From assembly GCA_965249725.1 (NCBI GenBank), contig CBDFMQ010000002.1:64001-128000 (forward strand): a DNA stretch of 64,000 nt, given 5' to 3'. Numbering within the stretch: the first letter of the stretch is position 1; each line of letters starts with the position of its first letter. The notes beneath the pieces are model-generated. The model saw nothing but the letters and a program-made list of their open reading frames with translations. It was not told the DNA's origin and made no database searches. Below, in pieces: positions 10,411-20,422 of this stretch. This DNA comes from Longimicrobiales bacterium. GTDB taxonomy: Bacteria; Gemmatimonadota; Gemmatimonadetes; Longimicrobiales; Gaopeijiaceae. The translations under genes and the position numbers were made by a program.

Positions 10411-12408
10411 ATGGAACGATCCACGGACGGCCCTGAAACGGAGGGCCCTGAAAGGCAGAGCGCGGCGGTAACCACGGCCAAGGGGTCGAGTCTTCGTTGG
10501 CCTCCCCCGGGGCTGGAGCGACTCCAGGGCGACGTTTGGAACGTCGTGCGCAGTGGTACCTTGGCGGCGCTGATCCTGGTCTTCCCCCTTCTCTTGTCGA
10601 TCTCGCTGGAGCAGGACTTCTGGAGCCTCGGTCCACTCGGTAGCGCATGGTGGGTAATCCTCATCACGACAGGCGTCGGGCTTGGTCTGGTGCTGGAGAT
10701 GTTCATCACCCTCATGCGTTTGCTTCGGCGCGCCGCCCAGGCCGTCGAGAGGGGTTATCGATGGCAGATCGTGGCCCAGGTGGCGTGCGACGCGCGCCGG
10801 GACACCGGCTTCCTGCTTCAGGGGGCTCGGTGGTACGGCATCCTGGACGAGAGAGGTCGGAGGCGGGTGGCCGGCCTGCGACTCCTCGGTGCGGCCCTCC
10901 AGGTGGTTTCCATCCTGTGGCTCTCGGCGGGCTTTGCCGTTGCCATGCTCTTGGCGGCATACGGAACGTTCACGGCCACCGGCGTGATCCTGTTCACATT
11001 AGGGCCGGCAGCGGCGTGCCTCCTCGTGGCCCTTCTCGTTCGCACCGTCGAGGGTCTCGAAGTCCGTGGGGCTCGTAAGGAATGGTTCAGCCAGCCTTGG
11101 GCCGAGGAACTCGAGGTCAGCGAAGTAGAGGAGTGGCAGACGGTTCTATCCGGGGACGAGGGTTGGCGTACCCCCGGCGCGGCGGCGCCTCAGGCGAGGA
11201 TGCTGCGCCTGTCGGCCATCGCAGTGGGTGTTCTGGGAATTCTCGCTGTCGTGCCCCCGTTCACCTTGGCTCCAACGTCGGCCATCGGGCCGATCATGGC
11301 ATCCGTCGCCATCCCCCGGTTCGCCCAGACGCAGGAGCGCGCCGCCCGCGCCGAGGCTTACCGGCCGTACCGGCTCGCGCCGAATACGAATGTGGATCCA
11401 GTCGGGGCCGGCCGTCTCTTGCAGACGCTGATGCATGTGGGCCGTAGGGCAGGGCGCACCGCCGGCGAGCTGCCACCCCCGCAGAACTACTTCGAACCTT
11501 GGTTCCCGTCGGCCGATGGCATGGGTGGCCCCACGGGAATCGACCCGCAGCGCTGGGGCCAGGAGCTGCTGCCTCGCGCTCGATCGTTGTCGCCTGATGA
11601 ACTCGCCTACCTGGGTGCCGTCGCATCGCACGAAGCACATGGGGAGTTCTCTCGACTGTCTGTGACGGCGGAGCTCGATGCGATGGCCGGCCGATGGGAG
11701 ATCCCGTTCGATGGAGTCGGCATGGCCACGCTCCCGGTCCCGAGGTTCAACCTCCTGACTCAGGGTGCCCATGCCCACGTCGGCAAGGCCATATACGAGC
11801 TGGCCCTGGGGGATGAGGGGCGAGCAGAGGCGACCATCCGGGAGGCTCTCTCACTGGGCTTCCTGCTTGCCGATGACGGGCCCACCCTCATCGACAATCT
11901 GATCGGCTTTGCGCTGGTCAACATGGGCGGCAGGGCCCTGGACTCCTTCTATGAGACCACGGGTCGTGCGTCAGATCTCGCCGCATTGCGGCAGGCTCGC
12001 GGCGCGGCCCTGCGAGCAGCTCAGGTGCTCACCCAGGGCCGGGCCGAGACGCTGGAGGGGACGCTGGCAGAGCTCCCACAGATCGCGTCCAGCCCGGTGA
12101 CCCTGAGGGGCCTGCGTTGGGAGTCTTTTACGCTCACGAACACCATCGCCCCGTGCATCAACCTGAATCGGGTCGTCTTCGGACCCGATATGTACTACGC
12201 GCAGTGGGTGGAGGATGTACGGGAGTCGTTGGTTCGGTGGCCCTCGGAAGAGGCACTCTTCGACCTCGCATTGGATGGATACTTCGGAGCACCTCCCGAT
12301 CCCGGTAGCTCGAGTCTGCTAGGCCGAATGCTGGGCATCGTGATGGGCGGGAAGGGGACCCCGGGGAGCTGTTCCGCAGTCTTCAGTCGCCTCAGTGCGG
12401 GACGATAG
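10411..12408 (+). CDS. hypothetical multi-pass membrane protein with large C-terminal helical domain
   Basis: 665-aa ORF with about 5 hydrophobic segments. Confidence 0.75.
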   Translation: MERSTDGPETEGPERQSAAVTTAKGSSLRWPPPGLERLQGDVWNVVRSGTLAALILVFPLLLSISLEQDFWSLGPLGSAWWVILITTGVGLGLVLEMFITLMRLLRRAAQAVERGYRWQIVAQVACDARRDTGFLLQGARWYGILDERGRRRVAGLRLLGAALQVVSILWLSAGFAVAMLLAAYGTFTATGVILFTLGPAAACLLVALLVRTVEGLEVRGARKEWFSQPWAEELEVSEVEEWQTVLSGDEGWRTPGAAAPQARMLRLSAIAVGVLGILAVVPPFTLAPTSAIGPIMASVAIPRFAQTQERAARAEAYRPYRLAPNTNVDPVGAGRLLQTLMHVGRRAGRTAGELPPPQNYFEPWFPSADGMGGPTGIDPQRWGQELLPRARSLSPDELAYLGAVASHEAHGEFSRLSVTAELDAMAGRWEIPFDGVGMATLPVPRFNLLTQGAHAHVGKAIYELALGDEGRAEATIREALSLGFLLADDGPTLIDNLIGFALVNMGGRALDSFYETTGRASDLAALRQARGAALRAAQVLTQGRAETLEGTLAELPQIASSPVTLRGLRWESFTLTNTIAPCINLNRVVFGPDMYYAQWVEDVRESLVRWPSEEALFDLALDGYFGAPPDPGSSSLLGRMLGIVMGGKGTPGSCSAVFSRLSAGR

Positions 12409-12479
12409 CCGCCCACGTCAGATCTCGTTGACGGCCCCAGACCGTCTGTTAGGTTCCACCAGGATCTCAGCAGCATCAA

Positions 12480-12553
<74 letters not shown>

Positions 12554-12646
12554 TTAGAATATGTTATAAAATAAGGGATCTTTGGCGATCCCGCCGGGTA
12601 TCCGATTCCAAACAGTAACAAGTAACAGTAACGGGAATCGATACTC

Positions 12647-13732
12647 ATGCCCCGGATCTACACCCGCGATCAGGGTGGAAACCTCCGCTATTATGCCGAC
12701 CTACGTGACATCGGTGGCGGACAAGTGGCGCTCAAGCCGCCTGGATCATCTCGCGCCACCACCGATGAGATCGAGGCCCACAAGCTCCTCGCCGCCAGAA
12801 TCGAACATCTCCAGGGCACGGTGCCCGCAAGTGGCACGGCTCGTCTTCGACCGTTCGTGGATGAGTTCGTCAGCCAGAATCCCGGCGAGGTAACCGAGGA
12901 GTGGCTCCACGACACCGAGCTTCGACTACTCAAGGCGGTGGAGTATTTCGGGGCGGATCGTGACCTCGTTAGCATAGAGCCCAAGCATATCCGCGAGTGG
13001 CTGAACAAGAAGCTCTCCCATCTCGCCAACGGCACCCAGCGCCACTACCTGCACGCCCTCTCAGGGCTCTATAGGTACGCCCAGGAGCTTGGGGTAGTGC
13101 CAGTGGCGTACAACCCTGTCGGCGGACTCTACCGCAAGCCATCCATCGTCAAGAAACGGCAACGCACGGATGAGTTCTTCGAGATTGATGAAGCTGCCGG
13201 ATTTCTCGATGCTGCTCGAAAGTTGGACCTGCATCATGAATTGATTGCCACCTATCTGCTCACTGGTGGAAGACGCAACGAGGTCTTCGGGCTGCTCGTC
13301 GGAGACATCGACTTCGAGAACGGCATCGTCAGAATCCAACCCAACGAGCACCGAAGGCTCAAGCGTGTTTGGAGCGAAAGGGCCGTGCCGCTATGGCCTC
13401 AGCTTGAGGAAATTCTCTGGCCCTACGTGGAGGGGTTGGACTCATCTGAAGACCAACTAGTGTTCCCCAGCGGGACGGGGGGAATCATCACGGATCTGCG
13501 GAAACCCCTGAGCTTCATCGGCGCGAAGGCTGACTTGCCTGAGCCTCGCCTCACCAAGTTCCGTCACACATATGCTACCGCCCGACTCCAGACCACAGAC
13601 GGGGGTGAGCAGATCGCCCTCTGGACAGTGGCGAAGGAGCTAGGTCATAAGAACGTATCGCGTGTGGAAGACACCTATGGTCATCCCAGCCACTATCGCC
13701 AGAGAAGTGAAGTAGTGGAGTATCGAGTGTGA
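12647..13732 (+). CDS. tyrosine recombinase/integrase
   Basis: TGGRRNEVFGL (R), RLKR (K), LTKFRHTYAT (box II, Thr in place of the first His), LGH, DTYGH (Y). Starts ~90 bp after tRNA-Arg. Confidence 0.93.
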   Translation: MPRIYTRDQGGNLRYYADLRDIGGGQVALKPPGSSRATTDEIEAHKLLAARIEHLQGTVPASGTARLRPFVDEFVSQNPGEVTEEWLHDTELRLLKAVEYFGADRDLVSIEPKHIREWLNKKLSHLANGTQRHYLHALSGLYRYAQELGVVPVAYNPVGGLYRKPSIVKKRQRTDEFFEIDEAAGFLDAARKLDLHHELIATYLLTGGRRNEVFGLLVGDIDFENGIVRIQPNEHRRLKRVWSERAVPLWPQLEEILWPYVEGLDSSEDQLVFPSGTGGIITDLRKPLSFIGAKADLPEPRLTKFRHTYATARLQTTDGGEQIALWTVAKELGHKNVSRVEDTYGHPSHYRQRSEVVEYRV

Positions 13733-13743
13733 AGGAGAGAGCG

Positions 13744-14307
13744 ATGACGTGTAGAGGCGTTCGACCTGACGGAGGCCAGTGCATGTGCCCAGAAGAGTAC
13801 TTGGACCAGTCCACAGGGCTTTGTGCCTCCTGCGCGGCACCGGAGAGCAAGGCACTCGTACCTGTAGTTTCGACGGCTCTAACGACGGATGAGGAGCGGG
13901 ATGTGTTACACGCGGGGCTACGGCCTCATGCGCGTGAGTTCCTGCGTGCCTTCGCTGAGACGCTCACGATCGCCGACGCTGCTGATCTCGTAGGTGTGGC
14001 CCGCTCCACTCACTACAAATGGCTGAAGAACATGCCAGGCTATCCCGAGGCGTTCGAGTACGCCCAGAGGGAAGCGAAGGACCAATGGCATGCGATCCTA
14101 AAGGAACGTGTGGATAATGGTCTAGAGGAGTTGTTGTACGACGGTGACGGCAATCTGAAGCACCGCCGTATTCGACAGGATGGCGCACTCTTGAAGATGC
14201 AGATGATGGCCGTAGATCCCGACACGTTCAACCCGGACCGTAGCAAGAACAGCGACGTGACGATCAACATTTTACAGAAACAAGAGTGGGTTGACGCCAA
14301 CGATTGA
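13744..14307 (+). CDS. phage terminase small subunit-like HTH protein with N-terminal Cys cluster
   Basis: FLRAFAETLTIADAADLVGVARSTHYKWLK..YPEAFEYA, then GLEELLYDGDG..DGALLKM..VTINI resembles TerS. RBS AAGGAG precedes ATG 13744. Confidence 0.65.
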   Translation: MTCRGVRPDGGQCMCPEEYLDQSTGLCASCAAPESKALVPVVSTALTTDEERDVLHAGLRPHAREFLRAFAETLTIADAADLVGVARSTHYKWLKNMPGYPEAFEYAQREAKDQWHAILKERVDNGLEELLYDGDGNLKHRRIRQDGALLKMQMMAVDPDTFNPDRSKNSDVTINILQKQEWVDAND

Positions 14308-14456
14308 TTCTCCCCGAGAGATCCACCCAGACTGTTGTCGAGGAACCACGCATATTCATACGCCGACACCAGGTCCTCGGGGGACGCATAAGCATCCAAC
14401 CGGGCAACCGGCGGTGCTCTTCTGCGCGTAATCCCTAGTGATTCAGGGATTCCTGA

Positions 14457-14484
14457 CGTGCGTATAACCAGTATTATGTAAAGC
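14457..14484 (+). other. dif: dif-like XerC/XerD recombination site
   Basis: CGTGCGTATAA-CCAGTA-TTATGTAAAGC (11-6-11) versus E. coli dif GGTGCGCATAA-TGTATA-TTATGTTAAAT. Confidence 0.85.
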
Positions 14485-14714
14485 TGGAGCCGTTTCGGCG
14501 CGCTTAATCCGCATAGTTATCAGCGGGGCTTGGACGGAAGGTAGATGCCTTCCGTTGATGCCTCCGAGGACCCTCTTGGGGGTGGCCCGATCCTGGCCTT
14601 ACCAACTCATGCATCGACCAGCCTAAGGATTCTTCAACGACCGCGCGTTATCCATTCTATACTTCCGCCCTGGCACTTTTTCGGGATTCTGAAATCCGGT
14701 TGACGGGGTAGGAG

Positions 14715-15212
14715 TTGCGGTGGTCACTGTATACATCTAGCTCGCGCGCTTCGCTTGCGGTCCACATCTTGGTCGGGCAGGAGAATCGCAATCCGCTGGA
14801 TGGCACCTTGAGTGGGGAGTACCGTTCATTGTTCCAAAGTCTCGTGGCTAGGCTCCCGAGGTTCGTTCGTCGCTGGCCGTTGACGATCCTCTGCTTGATG
14901 TCGGGGCTGGCTTTCGCCCTGGGCATGCTAGCGTTTCGAGGACCCGAACCGAATTCACGTATCGCGAATTTCTTCTATGCTCTCTACGTGATCGCCATCA
15001 TCCCGGTCGTGTTCTCCGTGGTGCTGTCTGCGGGACTATGGGGGGATCTGGAGGTGGTGGATCGCTTGCCCGATGCCGTACAACTCTTCCTAGGTCTTGT
15101 GTTGGCGGTCTCGCCCTTCCTTATCATGGACGTGGCGCTACAACTCAAGCGTCGGAAGGACCGGAAACGACCCGGAGACCAGGACGGTGAGTCGATTCGA
15201 CTTTGGACCTGA
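14715..15212 (+). CDS. hypothetical 3-TM membrane protein (start uncertain)
   Basis: Three hydrophobic segments and a basic tail. Confidence 0.5.
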   Translation: MRWSLYTSSSRASLAVHILVGQENRNPLDGTLSGEYRSLFQSLVARLPRFVRRWPLTILCLMSGLAFALGMLAFRGPEPNSRIANFFYALYVIAIIPVVFSVVLSAGLWGDLEVVDRLPDAVQLFLGLVLAVSPFLIMDVALQLKRRKDRKRPGDQDGESIRLWT

Positions 15213-15351
15213 CGCCGGGGTGCCCAATGTCGATTTCCTTATAAAGCCCGAAGACGCTCAGAACGCAATTGCAGGCGTCTTGAGGCGGATCTTGCTTGCG
15301 CTTCCCGACCTGCGGATAGGATGTTGGTCCGTCTGATTCGGGAGTCTCGCC

Positions 15352-15620
15352 ATGTCCGACCCAGTCTCCCGCCTGAACGCTGCTCTAAAAGGCCGCTACA
15401 CCATCGAGCGTGAGTTGGGTGAAGGTGGGATGGCCACGGTCTACCTCGCCCGCGACAGGAACCTCGGCCGCGGGATTGCCCTCAAACTGTCCGCCGCCGC
15501 CCTCATCACCGTATTGCATTACGGCCTGCTCCAAACGCTCTGCGCGCAGAACGCGGTCCTGCCTTCATTGGATCCGACATTGGACATCGATCAGTACACT
15601 CAGCGTGTTTGGTCGACGGA
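15352..15620 (+). pseudogene. Ser/Thr kinase N-terminal fragment joined to a sensor-propeller-like fragment
   Basis: GRYTIERELGEGGMATVYLARD..IALK (subdomains I-II only), then LDPTLDIDQYTQRVWSTE. Confidence 0.75.
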
Positions 15621-15853
15621 GGTCGCGTCCCCTACTCGGGGCCGGGGCCGTGCGGCATCTCCTGCCCATCCACGCATCCCATCGTCTCGTCCTTGCATGG
15701 GCGGACGGTGACCGTGCACCTTGACATGGGCACGGCCTCGCAAGGGGACGCTCCTGGGGTGTCTCGGCTCGATCGAGGAGCGTGCTGAACTCGGCAAGGG
15801 CCTTTGAATCCCTTTCCCTCAAGAAAGAGCCCCGACCGGTTCTGGACGACGAC

Positions 15854-16447
15854 ATGCAAGGACGGATCATCTCGCTGCCACGCCTCTTCCAGGCGGGGGC
15901 TTTTCTTGCGTCATCGCTCGCGGGGGCTCATCCCGTCTCGGCGGCGGACACACTGACTGTCAAAGCGGTTCCAGGAGTGGAGTCCCTCTCCTGGGCATCG
16001 GCGTCCCCAGCGGATACTCTGAAGGGGGCCGACTACTACTCGGTGGACCTCAGGCCCCTTCGTACAGCTCCGAACCAGGCGCGTGGCAGGGCGGCGGTCT
16101 GGTTCGCCGACTCCCCCTTCGCGGTTGCCGTCACCGCCGAGGGCCTCTATGTATGGGAGTTCGCGCTCCGCGTGCAGAATCTCCCGAGAAGGCCGGACGT
16201 GACCTATGTGGCGTGGCTGGCCGCCCCGGATCTCGAGCCGCTCCACAAGCTGGGTGTCGTGGAGGAGGCGCGGGAGCTTACCGGGCGGGTCGACTTCGAC
16301 AACCAGTTCATTCTCTTCGTCACGGCCGAGGAGGATGCCGATGTCGACAGACCCCGGGGTATGGTCATGCTCCGGGGGATCTCCCGGAGCGGCTATCTCG
16401 ACTCCCTGTTCAGCCACGGATTCTGCCCCCGGAACGAAGTGTGCTGA
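15854..16447 (+). CDS. exported hypothetical protein upstream of propeller paralogue 1
   Basis: Signal peptide, beta-rich domain with YVAWLA and FILFVTAE, C-terminal SHGFCPRNEVC. Confidence 0.7.
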   Translation: MQGRIISLPRLFQAGAFLASSLAGAHPVSAADTLTVKAVPGVESLSWASASPADTLKGADYYSVDLRPLRTAPNQARGRAAVWFADSPFAVAVTAEGLYVWEFALRVQNLPRRPDVTYVAWLAAPDLEPLHKLGVVEEARELTGRVDFDNQFILFVTAEEDADVDRPRGMVMLRGISRSGYLDSLFSHGFCPRNEVC

Positions 16448-16514
16448 AGGCGCGCTACGCCGCCGGGGACCGGACGGCCCGCCTCAATCTCACCGCAACA
16501 AAGGAGGAATCCCG

Positions 16515-17918
16515 ATGGGCCAAGGACGCGGCAAAGCTGCCCACCGAAGCCTGATCGTCACCGGTCTGGCGCTCCTCGTGGCCGGCGCCCTGGGTGCCCA
16601 GACCCCCAACCTCAACCCTCACCCGCCTGGCGAGCACTCCAGCCGGAACATGAGGGTCGTGGCCCATGTGCCCCTCGGCGGGGACCTGACGATCGCCGAC
16701 ATGGAGCTCGAGCAAGACATGGCGCGACCCTACGCCTACGTCTCGCGGAGCCGTGAGGGAAACCACGGCTTCGACATCATCGATCTGAGCGGGATCGACG
16801 ATGAGGAGAACGGGAGGGTGATCTACCGCTGGACAATCGAGAATTCCGAGCTTCACCAGGGCTCGGGCGGCAGGGACGCCAAGTACTTCAAGCTCGGCGA
16901 CCGCTACTACTTCATCGCCTCGTTCCAGTTCCGTGGAGGCGGGCCGAACCAGGATCTGGGAGGCATCGTCTTCGACGTGACCGGCCTTCCCGACACCTCG
17001 ACGATTCGTGAGATAGGGCGTATCCGTATGCCCTTATTGCCCGGCGGGTGGCACAACATCTTCGTCTACAAGCATTCCGACGGACACACCTACCTGTTCG
17101 CCACCGTGGAGTCTCCGGTCGGGTCGGACCTGGGAGTGAATGTCTACGATATGGAGATCTTCGTGAACGGGGGTTCGGCAGAGGAGTCCCTGGTCTCGTA
17201 CGTCCCGCTCCCCGAGCCCCGGGGCGCAGCGCGGGGTTATCACGACGCCTACGCCGGGTACGATCCGGCGACCGGGCAGGACAAGTTCTATGGTGGCGGG
17301 CCGGAGACGTCCTACGAGGGCGGAAACTACGTCTGGGACGTCAGCGACATTCGTAACCCGGAATTCATCGGCGGACTTCGCGCGATCCACGCCCAGCAGG
17401 CTGGGGGACACACCTTCGTTCCGACACCCGATCACCGTTACGCGATGACGGTGATGACTTCGCTGGGGCACCAGCCGGTACGCTTCTTCGACCTGAAGCC
17501 CATCCTCGATGGTGAGGTGGAGATCATCCACGAGCCGATCGGCGCGTGGACACAAGACTGGCGCAAGTCGGTGCACATGCTCGAGGTCCGGTGGCCCTAC
17601 CTCTTCATCGGCGCCTACACGATGGGGGTCCAGGTCGTCTACATGAAGGATCCGACGCGGCCCTTCACATATGCATTCTACGATACCTATCCGGCGCCCG
17701 AGGAGTACACGGGAGGAGGAACTGCACGTGGGGTATTCGGGATCGACGTGCGGAACGCCGACGGTCTCATTGTCGCCTCTGACGGCTTCAGCGGCCTGTG
17801 GGCCTTCCGGATGGACGGCTTCTATGGGTGGCACGGCCACGACTGGGGGATGCCGAACTCGTCCAGCGTCCAGGACTACGACAACGGTCCCGACCTGACG
17901 GGCCGCCGGATTCGCTAG
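16515..17918 (+). CDS. secreted His-rich LVIVD-like beta-propeller, paralogue 1
   Basis: RBS GGAGG, signal peptide, GFDIIDLS, WHNIFVYKHSDG, GYHD, GHTF, VHMLEVRWPY, WGMPNSSSVQDYDNGP. Confidence 0.85.
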   Translation: MGQGRGKAAHRSLIVTGLALLVAGALGAQTPNLNPHPPGEHSSRNMRVVAHVPLGGDLTIADMELEQDMARPYAYVSRSREGNHGFDIIDLSGIDDEENGRVIYRWTIENSELHQGSGGRDAKYFKLGDRYYFIASFQFRGGGPNQDLGGIVFDVTGLPDTSTIREIGRIRMPLLPGGWHNIFVYKHSDGHTYLFATVESPVGSDLGVNVYDMEIFVNGGSAEESLVSYVPLPEPRGAARGYHDAYAGYDPATGQDKFYGGGPETSYEGGNYVWDVSDIRNPEFIGGLRAIHAQQAGGHTFVPTPDHRYAMTVMTSLGHQPVRFFDLKPILDGEVEIIHEPIGAWTQDWRKSVHMLEVRWPYLFIGAYTMGVQVVYMKDPTRPFTYAFYDTYPAPEEYTGGGTARGVFGIDVRNADGLIVASDGFSGLWAFRMDGFYGWHGHDWGMPNSSSVQDYDNGPDLTGRRIR

Positions 17919-18240
17919 GAAGCGCGCCCCCGTGCCGTGAGGGGCCGGTGCATCTCCGAGTTCCGCCCCGTACGGCCCAGTTCCGGCCAGCTAACCCGAG
18001 TTTTTGGGGTCCCACGTGGGGTCCCATAGGCCCCTTTTGCGGCTCCCAGTTCACCGACACCAAAAAGCCGGAAGCCCAGCCCCCAGTCGTTGTCAGTCCG
18101 TGAGTCACGTAGACGGCTGAGAGGCACCGAGTCGTCCTACTTTGACGCTCTACAGCCATCAGCCGCGCGACTCGTGGGGGCCGACGGGCAGATCGACGGA
18201 CCACGGCCCAGCGGTGTCTGCCGCCTCGAACCGCCCCACT

Positions 18241-18287
18241 CAGCCATCGCCCAACCTCAGCATCACCCATAGCTTGAGCGCGTGGGC
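18241..18287 (+). repeat. ~45-bp hairpin repeat, copy 1
   Basis: CAGCCATCGCCCAACCTCAGCATCACCCATAGCTTGAGCGCGTGGGC. Other copies at 20758, 21273 and 22221. Confidence 0.95.
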
Positions 18288-18620
18288 AGATCCTGCTTGG
18301 AGGTTTGGAGGGGATGCAGCCGCGTACCATGGCGACGTGGGATGCCACGTTCACGCTCGCCGCTTTGAACCGCGACCGATGATCGGACTATGCCGGGACC
18401 ACAGCGACGTCTGATCTTCACTGCGGCATCCACTCTGCTCGTGAAGTCCATGATTGGTTCCTACGCATGATGCAGGAGCATGAGGAGTTCGAGGTGGAGA
18501 CGGATCAGGATGGGGAGTGGCCGGTGCCGTTCTGTAGTGAGACGGTGAGATGGGTGGTGGTGGCGTGACCTTTCGCCTGCCCTAGCCTGGCCGTAGCATA
18601 ACATCGGCCTGCGCCGCCTC

Positions 18621-19395
18621 GGTCAAGTCCCGAGTTGTGTGTAAAAGTGAGAGGAAGCTCCTCGATGCTTCTGTTAGGCTGCCTTGGCGACCTCCTTCGG
18701 TTCGAGAAGCGTGAGATCCAGGTAGCGACGTTCGCTCCAGACCGCAGTAGTCCTTAGAGCAACCGCAGTGATGAGGCGGAGCGCGCTGGCTCGGTCGGGG
18801 AAGGCGCCGGCGCTCCGGATCCGATGCTTGATCTCGGTGTGCAGGCGCTCGAGGCTGTTCGTGGTGCGCAGTCGGGCCCAGTGGGGCTCGGGGAACGCGT
18901 AGAACTGGGTGGCGGCCGTGAAGCCCCGCTCGAGCACCCTCATTGCCTCGGGGAGTTCCTTGTGCCAGCGCGCCGTGATCTCGGCCAGGCGCTTCTTCGA
19001 CTCAGCGAGCCCGGGGGCCCGGAAGACGGCGGCAACCTCGCGCGCCACACGCTTGCGCAGGCGATGCGGGACCTTGGCCAGCACGTTGCGTTGCAGGTGG
19101 ACAGTACAGCGCTGGCGGCGCACCTCGGGCAGGAAGCGGCGCACCGCGGCTGCCAGGCCCGCGTGCTCATCCGCGATCACGAGCTGGACGCCGCTGAGAC
19201 CACGCTCCAGGAGTTGCTCGAGGAGCTCCGACCAGCTGTTCTCCGATTCCTCAGGGCCCAGCGTGATGCCCAGGAGCCGGCGGTGGCCGTCCGGGCCCAC
19301 GGCGTAGGCCACGAGCGCGCTCACGTTCTCGACCTTTCGGGCCCAGCGGGCATCGAGGAACGTCGCGTCCAGGTACAGGTAGGGGTGGGCCCCCG
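18621..19395 (-). mobile_element. IS256-family element, 5'-truncated (transposase remnant 18674-~19390)
   Basis: YLYLDAT..LVIADEHAGL..QRCTVHLQRN..LRTTNSLERLHTEIKHR..FPDRASALRL. Terminus ACTTTTACACACAACTCGGGACTTGACC on the minus strand. Confidence 0.9.
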
Positions 19396-19416
19396 ACGAA
19401 GCCTATCACACGTCAC

Positions 19417-19659
19417 TTGGCTGACAAGTGGTTGCGGAAGGGAGAGAAGCTCGCGGGGCTAGAGCCGTTGAGCGGTACTTTGTGGCATAGCTACCGCCGG
19501 AAGTGGGCGACGGAGAGGAAGCACATGCCGGATGTTGATGTCGCTCACGCGGGTGGATGGAAAAACACCGGGAGCCTCAAGACTGCCTACCAGCAGGCCG
19601 ACAGTGAGACTACCTTACGTGTCGTTCTTGAGGCAGGCGAGCTTCGGGAGGCCCAGTGA
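19417..19659 (+). pseudogene. tyrosine integrase C-terminal remnant
   Basis: LWHSYRRKWAT..AGGWK..LKTAYQQ (HxxR, W, Y). The N-terminus is lost at the IS256 junction. Confidence 0.8.
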
Positions 19660-19755
19660 ACCCCCTAACGTGCACACGAACGTGCACACTCGTTCGTCGG
19701 TGGGGATTAGCGGAAACGAACGAACCGCTTACCTATGGGACGAAAGCAGTGAAGA

Positions 19756-19828
19756 GGGGCCATAGCTCAGTTGGGAGAGCGCTGGCTTTGCAAGCCAGAG
19801 GTCGCCGGTTCGATCCCGGCTGGCTCCA
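19756..19828 (+). tRNA. tRNA-Ala (TGC)
   Basis: Acceptor GGGGCCA/TGGCTCC with G3:U70, anticodon arm CTGGC-TT-TGC-AA-GCCAG, T arm GGTTCGATCCC. Confidence 0.97.
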
Positions 19829-19941
19829 CTAGAAGCTACCCGCTGATCGGTTCACATCGTCGCAGGACTACGTCACGTTCGTGTCGAATCGGGCGGGCGC
19901 GTGGACATTGTGAGGCGGTACTTGGGACCGGGCGTGAATCA

Positions 19942-20262
19942 ATGATCAGGATGCCGAGCGCACGCTTTTCAGTCGGTGACATCGTGCAACACAAGTTGTT
20001 CGATTACCGAGGTGTTGTCGTCCAGGTAGATATGCACTTCCAAGGAACCGAGGCATGGTATAGAGCCGTGGCCCGTTCGAGGCCACCCAAGCACCAACCT
20101 TGGTATCACATATTGCCGCACACAGCCCAACATCAAACGTATGTAGCCGAACGAAACCTCGAACCTGATCACAGTGGCCTCCCCATCCAACATCCCCTTG
20201 TGGAGCGCTACTTCACTGAGTTCAGCGAGGGGCGGTACGTCGAAGATGTTCAGATCCACTAG
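19942..20262 (+). CDS. hspQ: heat shock protein HspQ (YccV-like)
   Basis: FSVGDIVQHKLFDYRGVVV..D..F..WY..RPPKHQPWYHIL..TYVAERNL..HPLVERYF. Confidence 0.9.
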   Translation: MIRMPSARFSVGDIVQHKLFDYRGVVVQVDMHFQGTEAWYRAVARSRPPKHQPWYHILPHTAQHQTYVAERNLEPDHSGLPIQHPLVERYFTEFSEGRYVEDVQIH

Positions 20263-20422
20263 TGATTATGCAATGTGACAAGCATTTGCCGCTGACGCTG
20301 TGGACACGCCCCGGGGGCTAGGCAACTCGTCGGTCCCGGGCGGCGTTTGACGGTGTCACGGCGGTGCTTCCGCCAGACCCCGAATCCGTGCGAGGGCTAC
20401 CTCTTGGCGCTACACTGCACGC

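Noticed and set aside
12647..13732. Integron integrase (IntI) serving the hairpin repeats
   Set aside because: The RAVPL-to-LVFP segment is short and lacks the IntI-specific insertion. The tRNA-adjacent position and arm repeats fit an island integrase.
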